A stretch of DNA of 32,984 nt, taken from NCBI RefSeq assembly GCF_001194135.2, contig NC_068990.1, forward strand, positions 40,300,468 to 40,333,451, written 5' to 3'. The position numbers and the translations under genes are program-made. The stretch comes from Octopus bimaculoides. Taxonomy: Eukaryota. Below, in pieces: positions 23,545 to 32,984 of the stretch. The stretch's first letter is position 1. Each line of letters begins with the position of its first letter. The notes under the pieces are model-generated. The model searched no databases. It saw nothing but the letters and a program-made list of their open reading frames with translations, and was not told where the DNA came from.

Positions 23545-24373
23545 CTAGGGTGGGTGGAAAGTAACTAGGTATTAGAAATTGCTTATAGAGTTTTTAGTAT
23601 CACTGAAGTCATGGCGAAAACATTTTTTAAACAGATAACACTAATGGGGATTTCTTTTCGTCTCATTTCTTATTTCTTACTTTCCAGATGGCCGTTCGCT
23701 TGACTGTTCAGGAGCTAGCTAAGATAGCAGCACGCTATGAATTGTGGGATTCCATTGTTTTGGTTCAGAGCTAATGACAACAGGCTCCGTGAACACAGCA
23801 AGAACTGGCTGTCCAACTACATCCCAATCAGTGAAGAACGTGGTAACAATGCAGGAAATATTTAATCGCAGCCCGCAAAAATCAACATCTCAAGCAGCTC
23901 GTGAAAATGGACTAACAAGGCACACTATACGTACGGTGTTGCATAAAGAATTGAATTTTCGTCCGTGGAACCCCATTGCGTGCAGGGGCTAAAACCTGAA
24001 AACTGTGACCGCAGAAGTCCAGAAGTCCAGAACTCCAAGAAGTCCAGATCTCATTCCATGTGGTTTTTACCTGTGAGATTACACAAAAGAGGAGGTGAAC
24101 AAGAGGAAACATCGCACACTGTAGGAATTGAAGACAAGGATTCAAGAGGTTCTCAATGATATCCCAGACGACGTCCTTCAGAAGACTGTTCATTCTATTC
24201 CTGGCCGTTTGATAAAACTGGTTAACGCTACCGGTGCTTACGTTGAAATATGAAGTTTTATTTTCAGTTTCCCATGTAATAAAGAACAAATATCATTTGT
24301 TGCAATGAATTTGTAAAAGGGATATAGATTATATAACCAATTTTTAATGCCCACTTACTCTTCACCCACTCTG
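23545..24373 (+). pseudogene. Internally deleted Tc1/mariner-superfamily (Tc3-like) transposon; transposase remnant at 23688-24253
   Basis: The N-terminal HTH reads MAVRLTVQELAKIAARYE...TGSV...IFNRSPQKSTSQAARENGL.RHTIRTVLHKEL.FRPW. It joins directly to the C-terminal PRSPDLIPCGFYL...ELKTRIQEVLNDIPDDVLQKTVHSIPGRL...GAYVEI*, so the catalytic core is deleted. Imperfect TIRs (CTAGGGTGGGTGGAAAGTAA and TTACTCTTCACCCACTCTG) are flanked by TA. Confidence 0.8.
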
Positions 24374-24380
24374 TATATAT

Positions 24381-24739
24381 TCTTTTATTTGTTCCAGTCG
24401 CTTGACTGCGGCCATGCTGGAGCACCGCCGACCCCAGGACTTATTCTTTGTATACTTATTTTATAAGTCACTTTTGCTGAACCGGTAAGTTGCGGGGGCA
24501 TAAACACACCAACATCGATTGTCAAGCGATGGTAGGGAGACAAACACAGGCACAAGGCCACACATATAAATACACACACACACAAACACACGTATATATA
24601 CGATAGGCTTCTTTCAGTTTCCGTCTACCAAATCCACTCACAAAGCTTTGGTCGGACCGTGACTACAGCAGAAGACACTTGCTCAAAGTGCCATGGAATG
24701 GGACTAAACGCTGAAGCAAGCTTTTTACCACACAGCCAC
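24381..24739 (-). mobile_element. tRNA-derived CORE-type SINE (octopus OR2-like), copy 1
   Basis: The reverse complement begins GTGGCTGTGTGGTAAAAAGCTTGCTTC and contains a CORE-like (GGCAC)TTTGAGCAAGTGTCTTC and GGTAGACGGAAACTGAAAGAAGCC. It is homologous to 31988-32393. The family name is from recalled knowledge. Confidence 0.8.
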
Positions 24740-25501
24740 AACTGATATACGTATATAGATGCATAGATACATATACACATATCTATATACACATATTTAT
24801 ATAATAATGTACGTTTGTATGTAAACCTTTATCTGTCTATATAAACGTATGTCGGTATACGTGTGAATGTGTGTGTAAATATTTATGTTCATTCTACTTG
24901 TCTAATGAGGTTCACTTGTGATTGTATATTATTTGTGCATACATACACAGTGACAGTGTCCGTGTGTGCATGTGCCGACGTATGTGCTATAGGCATATGT
25001 GTGTGTACGAACGAACGTACGTTTTTTTGCATGCATACATATATAAATGTGTGTATACACACACATATTATAAGAACACATTCAAACTACGCATATATGT
25101 GTGCTCGTGTGTGGTATATATGCGTATATATACCACATATGTGCTTATAAGTACGAATATATAAGTATATGCACGTCTGTCTGTATACATATATGTATGT
25201 ATGTGTATATATATGTGTGTACCCATACATTCCTATGTATCTGTACGTATGTATGCGTGTGTGTGAGTATATAAATGTATCAAATAGGCTTTAGTTTCTA
25301 ATGAGATATATAAACACTATTATATGAGCACTGTTTCTTTGTTTGCAAATATAAACACTAATCTGCGCGCGCGTGATTGTGTGTGTGTGCTTGTGTGTGT
25401 ACATATATATATATGTATGTATATATATATATATAATAAAAGAAGGAAAATGCCCGCACTTTACATAATTTTAATACATGTTTTAATACATTTCTTAATG
25501 T

Positions 25502-25843
25502 AAGGCGGTGAGCTGGCAGAAACATTAGCATGCCGGGCGTAATACTGAGCGGTAATTCGTCTGTCTTTATCTGAGTTCAAATTCCACCGGGCTTGACTTT
25601 GCCTTTTATCCTTTCGGGGTCGATAAATAAAAGGCAGCGAGCTGGCAGAAACGTTAGCACGTCGAGCGAAATGCTTAGCGGTATTTCGTCTGTCTTTATC
25701 TGAGTTCAAATTCCGCCGAGCTTGACTTTGCCTTTTATCCTTTCGGGGTCGATAAACTAAGTACCAGTTACGTACTAGGGTCAATCTAATCGATTGGTCC
25801 CCTCCCCCAAAATGTTGGGCCTTGTGTCTTGAGTAGAAAAGAA
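25502..25843 (+). mobile_element. tRNA-derived SINE, family C, with a tandemly duplicated 5' half (head dimer)
   Basis: Unit 1 spans 25502-25630 and unit 2 starts at 25631. Both begin AAGGC(G/A)G(T/C)GAGCTGGCAGAAAC and contain the B box GAGTTCAAATTCC. Only unit 2 has the 3' body. Confidence 0.8.
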
Positions 25844-25859
25844 TATATTTTATACTGTT

Positions 25860-25892
25860 TGTCGATCGGTTTCGCTTTCACTAATCATGACA
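25860..25892 (-). ncRNA. Degenerate minimal hammerhead-like motif downstream of PLE-2
   Basis: The minus strand reads UGUC-AUGAUUA-GUGAAAGC-GAAA-CCGAUC/GACA. Stem I is UGUC/GACA, stem II is GU-GAAA-GC, and the core AUGAUUA replaces CUGAUGA. Stem III ACCGAU is one change from the palindrome ACCGGU. It lies about 270 nt 3' of the PLE-2 stop on the same strand. Confidence 0.4.
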
Positions 25893-26163
25893 TTGAAATT
25901 ATTGTAATTTCGTATTTTTTCTGAAGAAGATTTTAGTCCATGTTGCGTGTGGAGAAGTTTGTGAATGAATGATTCAACAAGTAGAAAATCTAAGGGGAGG
26001 TAATTAGTGATCGTTATTATTGAGGACGGGGGAGGTAATTGCTCATCTTTCGGGGAGGGGATAAATAAATATATACACACTGAAAGTTAAAGTAGTGAGA
26101 TAAAATATGTACAGTGGTGAGTATGTGATCATGAATGAAATTATATACTGAAATCAAAGTTGG

Positions 26164-26945
26164 TTATGCGTTCATATTTAGACGTGCTCTGTATTTTTCG
26201 ATGAACAAATTTTCTTTATTTAAACGTTCTTGTATAGAAATTGTTTCTTTGCACATGTAGATGGGGAAAACTATGTGTTCATTGGAATCTGTCTCTATTG
26301 CGGGAGCCGGATCTGTTCCTTATGTAGTGTGGTACTCCGTCTCAGTGTCATACTTGTCTGTTCTATATAGTTATGTCCACAACCTGAACAAGTTATAACA
26401 TAAATTAAATTCTCGGAAGCACAAGTAAAGTTGGCTTTAATTGTGAACCTCTCTCCTTGTTTGAATAGGAATTCTGAGCTTTCCATTACGTTGGGGCATG
26501 TTCCACAATTTGGGCGCCCACATTTTTTAACCGTTGGTTTCGTGGTTGCTGTGTAAAGCATCTTTTCACTGGTTTGTGTTGCTTTTTGCATTTGAAGAAT
26601 TTGTCTTTTCAGAATGCTGTTTATTTTTGGATCTCTAGTAATCAAAGGTATATTTTGTACAATTGTTTCTAGGGTTGTGAGTTGATATATACAGTAGAGT
26701 TTTGAGATGAGATGTGGTGTTACGTTTTGTTGCCCTTGATGTTTTAATGTCTAATTTCTTAGCACGTTTAATTCCATCGTCTATAAGTGAGGGTGGATAT
26801 TGTCTTTCAGTTTGTGTTGTTCTGAGGTTTTGAAGACAAAGGTCCCGAGTATTTCTATCAGACACTATTCTGTAAATCCTTTTTGCTAAATTAAAGGGGA
26901 TATTTCTTTTGACGTCTTTCGAGAGGCATGAACTAAACAGGAGAT
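26164..26945 (-). pseudogene. Penelope-like element 2 (PLE-2): RT thumb, Cys-rich linker and GIY-YIG endonuclease (frameshifted)
   Basis: From the ORF track and manual reading: YLLFSSCLSKDVKRNIPFNLAKRIYRIVSD...QYPPSLIDDGIKRA (PLE RT C-terminus), KKCGRPNCGTC, NFTCASENLIYVITCSGCGHNYIEQT (GIY-YIG, with YIG changed to YIE) and ERLNKE..FIEKYRARLN (stop at 26166-26164). The upstream part is lost in microsatellite and N-gap 27039-27414. Confidence 0.9.
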
Positions 26946-27414
26946 ATTGCGTCGAGTACGTTGGTTTATGATAAATGTCATATATATGTGTGCATGTAAT
27001 GTGCGCGTGTGGTGTGTGCGTATGTGTATGTCTTTGTGNNNNNNNNNNNNNNNNNNNNNNNNNNNNNNNNNNNNNNNNNNNNNNNNNNNNNNNNNNNNNN
27101 NNNNNNNNNNNNNNNNNNNNNNNNNNNNNNNNNNNNNNNNNNNNNNNNNNNNNNNNNNNNNNNNNNNNNNNNNNNNNNNNNNNNNNNNNNNNNNNNNNNN
27201 NNNNNNNNNNNNNNNNNNNNNNNNNNNNNNNNNNNNNNNNNNNNNNNNNNNNNNNNNNNNNNNNNNNNNNNNNNNNNNNNNNNNNNNNNNNNNNNNNNNN
27301 NNNNNNNNNNNNNNNNNNNNNNNNNNNNNNNNNNNNNNNNNNNNNNNNNNNNNNNNNNNNNNNNNNNNNNNNNNNNNNNNNNNNNNNNNNNNNNNNNNNN
27401 NNNNNNNNNNNNNN

Positions 27415-27450
<36 letters not shown>

Positions 27451-27734
27451 GAGAGATACATACATACATACATACATACATACATACATACATACATACA
27501 TCCATGCAGTACATAGGCACACACATACCTCATAGATATGATGGGGTCGTAGGAACCCCGTTGTAACAGGCGCTGTTTCTTGGGCATTTTAAACTTGACG
27601 GAACACAACCATTTCTGTGTTTGAGCACTGACTATCTCTTCGAAGGAGCAAGCGTGCGTATAAGTGAGAGGGGAAGATAGGAAGAGAAAGGGGGACGAGA
27701 AAGAAAGGAATAGATGAGGAAAGAGTGACAGAAG

Positions 27735-27842
27735 AATCTACGTTGTAAGAATGAAAAGCGAATTTGATTTCGGCTGAAATCAAACCCAGAATGCGAGATA
27801 TTCTATACGACATCTAAGAAGTCTGGCAATTTACCGCTTTAC
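27735..27842 (-). mobile_element. Highly decayed head of SINE family C
   Basis: The minus strand AAAGCGGTAAATTGCCAGACTTCTTAG...TTCTGGGTTTGATTTCAGCCGAAATCAAATTCGCTTTTCATTCTT aligns loosely to 25631-25745. Confidence 0.4.
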
Positions 27843-28303
27843 TCACGCACGCACGCATCTTTAAAACAAGTTGACTGAGCCCCGCATTACTTAGTTTTCC
27901 AGGCACCCGTATGCTCAGATGTTCATAGTCGGAATGACAAAATGTAAAGAATTTTGAAGTCAAAATCAAGTGAACATATTTGGTCAATTGGTCAATTGGT
28001 CAATTCAGGTCACGTTGAGAATTTGTCTTGAGCTGTATCAGTAGTTGATTGTATTTTATGCTCCACGTGGTAAAGGTGGAAAGTATATGTGCGTAACATA
28101 GGCGGTGAGCTGTAGGAAACTGAATTATTTTCTGGGCCTACAGACCAAACACTTTTTAGATTGCAAGCCTGGGTGTATTATAAGTATGAGATCACCAGCA
28201 GAGATGATCTGTGGTCATGTGACTTTGGATTCTATACTGCTCATGGTTCAGAGAGTGAGGAGGTGCAGAAGATTATTTCCTATGTGTAACAAGTGTATAT
28301 GTA

Positions 28304-29491
<1,188 letters not shown>

Positions 29492-31286
29492 NNNNNNNNN
29501 NNNNNNNNNNNNNNNNNNNNNNNNNNNNNNNNNNNNNNNNNNNNNNNNNNNNNNNNNNNNNNNNNNNNNNNNNNNNNNNNNNNNNNNNNNNNNNNNNNNN
29601 NNNNNNNNNNNNNNNNNNNNNNNNNNNNNNNNNNNNNNNNNNNNNNNNNNNNNNNNNNNNNNNNNNNNNNNNNNNNNNNNNNNNNNNNNNNNNNNNNNNN
29701 NNNNNNNNNNNNNNNNNNNNNNNNNNNNNNNNNNNNNNNNNNNNNNNNNNNNNNNNNNNNNNNNNNNNNNNNNNTATATATATATATATATATATTTCTC
29801 AGTGTCTCGTCAGCTGAACATAAAATAGGACAAGAAACAGTGTCACGTGTCCACAGCTGTCCTCTTGCCTTTATACAACCTGTCTTGTTTTCTTAATGAC
29901 ACATCAATGTTGGAGAGTTCTTGACTCTTGAGATTATCTTCTAATTTGGATTTGACACCGATTAGCACCAAGTGATTAATCTACTCACTCTCTGGAAGCT
30001 GAGATGATCTCAATAAATCATGAATTTATCTTGAATGGTATTTAAGATACCATTATTTGTCTTATTGTTCAAATATATGTCATTGGTCACACTGAGGTCT
30101 TTCTCTCGATATACGTGTGTAAGAGTGTGTGTAAGAGAGAAAGAGAGAGAGAGAGAGAGAGAGTGCGTGTGTGTGTGTCTGTGTGTGTGTGTGTGTGATA
30201 TAAATACAACACAGCCACCCTATAAAACAATTTGGATTGCTAGATATGAATGAGAGGGTTTCTCTAAAAGATAAACAAATGGACAAAGAAATAATGGAAT
30301 TCGTAGACGTATTTAATGGTGTACAACTGGATACCAGCACGTTTGTATCCTTAAAACTTCCTCTTAAGTTCGCTCTGGACAGTGATGTCAAAAAAATGTG
30401 TGTATTCTATCTGATATTAAAACACACTTTACAAAAATGAGCTGGAAATCATACTATGACCACAACCAGCTGGACAATTATAATACTCCAGAGAATAACT
30501 GTTCTGTCCATACGTTGTATAATAAATTGCATAAACCATTTTAGATGAGTAGGATTTGTCCCGCCAGCTTACCCTTCAACGACGGAAAATACGGCTGTTA
30601 TTGCTCTGCTGGACATCGGTCACTGAAAAACCCATAGTAGGGTGAAATCGCGTGATCTGGCAGTTCCGGCGGCCGTAGCAGACGATTCCCGTCAGTCAGC
30701 GATATAATTTCGAGTGCTTCAATTACACCACTACTCCTTAAGAGAGATTATCTCAAGGTAAATTACGCATTATTGTGTGTTCTAACAAATCCCCCACGTT
30801 AAGTTGGGAATCAAGATTAATCTCTATTTGCCTTTTCTACAGATTCTTCAGTGGGCTTTGCTCCTGGCGTGATCTTGTGAACTCCACCCACGTAAAATCA
30901 ACAGTTACTTCCCTCCGATCCGACAATCTCAGTCCGCCCTCTACCCTGGCGCAAAACCATCCACTCTTTAAAGTTCTTCACTCGAAGTCGACCTTCTGCA
31001 ATTTCCTCCCAACACATATCTTTCCTTTAGTCGTTGCTACAGTGGAACGTTAAACTCTAATTATCTCAACAGGCCAGACCTATAAAATGTTAACCACATT
31101 GATCTCAACCAGTTCCTGTGAAGACCATTGGACACTAACTCAACGAACTAAATCAGTAAACTCACAGAATCACTCACAAAGATTCGCATGCGTACACGCG
31201 CACACACGCTCGCGCACACACATCCATAGGAGATATGCATGCATACTTCGATATATACACCCTACTAAAAATTCAGGGATAGTTTT

Positions 31287-31494
31287 TGTTGTCTCAAGCT
31301 ACTGCTATCTAGCACCTTCGAATGATCTCTACTCAACCGCTACACAACTGCTACTCGACTGCTACTCAACACTCCTACCACGGCCAGANNNNNNNNNNCT
31401 CGACTGCTACTCAACACTCCTACCACGGCCAGACTACCTCTATTTATATGTCTTGGGACATCCTACTTCTTCGCCTGGGGGCGTCGACACAACA
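31287..31494 (-). mobile_element. Solo-LTR-like element, copy 3 (length inflated by a gap-flanking duplication)
   Basis: The termini are TGTTGTCTC...GACACAACA. The 5-bp TSD GTTTT lies at 31282-31286 and 31495-31499. The 10-N gap at 31389-31398 is flanked by the same 30-nt sequence on both sides. Confidence 0.8.
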
Positions 31495-31861
31495 GTTTTT
31501 TTCTCGCCTCGAGTTCAGTGGAGCATAGTGTGGAGATATTAGTCATGCTACTTACAAGCACTGCTTAATGGTCGGGTATGTTGTGTTACTGCTTACTAGT
31601 GGTATTAGTGTAATTATTAGTAGTGAAGTGTTGTAGTTTGAACTGATAGTGTGCAATGGTATAATTAGTTAAATGGTGTAATGACAAAGGTGCGTTGGAG
31701 TGGTGACAACGTTTGGTAGTGACAGTGATGTTATTTTGTTGTTAGTTGTACAGTTTAGTGAGGCTGTGATGTGCGGTAGTAGAGTGTGGTATTTGTGCTG
31801 GTGGTAGTATTAGTATGTTGTAGTAGTGTGCGAACAGGTGGTGGAATGAAATTTGAAACAC

Positions 31862-31968
31862 TATATGGGAGTGTAACAGACCAGCATCCCATCCAGGTGG
31901 GGAACCTATACGCCAATGAAACCGGGAAACCGTCCCTTATGAGTCAGGCATGGCTCGAGAAGGAACAA
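31862..31968 (+). mobile_element. SINE 3'-body fragment (V/Meta-domain-like)
   Basis: The motif CAGACCAGCATCCCATCCAGGTGGGG...GAAACCGGGAAACCG...GGCTCGAGAAGGAACAAAC resembles conserved invertebrate SINE domains, from memory only. Confidence 0.3.
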
Positions 31969-31987
31969 ACACACACATATGTATATA

Positions 31988-32393
31988 GGCGCGGGCGTGG
32001 CTGTGTGGTAAGAAGTTTGCTTCCCAACCACATGGTTCTGAGTTCAGTCCCACTGCGGGAAACCTTGGGAAGATGTCTTCTACTGTTGCCTCGGTCCAAC
32101 CTAAACCTTGTGAATGGAATTGGTTGACGGAAACTGAAAGAAGCCCATCGTACACATACATATGTGTGTGTGTCTTTGTGTTTGTTTATCCACCCCCACC
32201 CCACCGCTTGACAACTGATGCTGGTATGTTTATGTGTCCGTAACATAGCGGTACGGCAAAGAGGGACTCATAGATTAAGCACTAGGCTTTTAAGAAATAA
32301 GTATTGGGTCGATTCATTTGCTTACAAAATTTTCCAGGGCGGTGTCCCAGCATGACCGTAGTCTAATGACTGAAACTAGTAAAAGTTAAAAGA
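31988..32393 (+). mobile_element. tRNA-derived CORE-type SINE (OR2-like), copy 2
   Basis: The head is GGCGCGGGCGTGGCTGTGTGGTAAGAAGTTTGCTTCC, with B box GAGTTCAGTCCC, CORE-like ACCTTGGGAAGATGTCTTC and tail (TAAAAG)2. It is homologous to 24381-24739. Confidence 0.85.
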
Positions 32394-32934
32394 TGTATGT
32401 GGGTGTGTATGTGTGCGCATGTTTGAAGGAGTGTGTTGGAGTAAGTAGGAGTGTGTATGCACAAGAGTAAAAGAGACACTACATGAGGCTGTTATATATG
32501 TAGGTGTGCCACTGTGCACGTGTATCACTGTAAATATACGACCATATATATATATGTGTGTGTATGTATGTGTGTGTGTGCTCGCGCGAGTGTGTGTGAA
32601 TGGAACACTGAATTTTATGGTGGTCTGCTCTCTTTCACTCTCTAAGTCACTCTCTTTCTCTCTTCCCCTCTCTCCTTCTCTCTCCTATCTTCCCCTCTCT
32701 CTGTCTCTCTTTCTCTTTCTCTGCGCGCGCGTATGTACGTTCTGCTTATGTGCGTGTCAGAATTTACTAACAGGGAGTTCGGATAAAAAGAATTAATACA
32801 GATGTAAATTATAAATATCTGTTGTAATGCTTGAGATTTTTTTACTACTCAGAGTATCAAGCATGTACACTGCTGATCACAAACAGTGGCATATGTTACT
32901 AAACGAGTAACCACGACGCTGCAACACTATAACA

Positions 32935-32947
32935 TACATATATATAT

Positions 32948-32984
<37 letters not shown>
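32935..32984. repeat. (TA)n/(CA)n microsatellite at the window end
   Basis: Direct reading. Confidence 0.9.

Noticed and set aside
27978-28004. (TTGGTCAA)x3 short tandem repeat
   Set aside because: It is a simple slippage repeat with no other supporting structure.
30545-30640. Short ORF MSRICPASLPFNDGKYGCYCSAG resembling the PLA2 YGCYCG motif
   Set aside because: It is only 30 codons, lacks the Ca-loop glycines and the catalytic His-Asp, and is likely chance.

Overview
This is AT-rich eukaryotic genomic DNA from a gapped draft scaffold with ten N-gaps. It is most likely from Octopus, inferred from the SINE families and the extreme microsatellite density rather than from a database search. 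I recognise no intact host gene, and most ORFs in the supplied track are artefacts of simple repeats or N-gaps. The window is a mosaic of decayed mobile elements: two Penelope-like retroelement (PLE) 3' fragments with GIY-YIG endonucleases, three Tc1/mariner relics, hAT-like and piggyBac-like MITEs, three SINE families, LINE remnants, and three ~160-bp TG...CA solo-LTR-like elements, each with its own 5-bp target-site duplication (TSD). The most interesting signals are RNA structures absent from the ORF track. A complete type I hammerhead ribozyme (78-132, minus) lies downstream of PLE-1. A short non-coding insertion (about 1371-1543) carries a minimal hammerhead between perfect 21-bp inverted repeats. 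A degenerate hammerhead with a possibly compensatory A3-U8 core lies downstream of PLE-2 (25860-25892, minus). There are no CRISPR arrays, rRNA genes or genuine tRNA genes.
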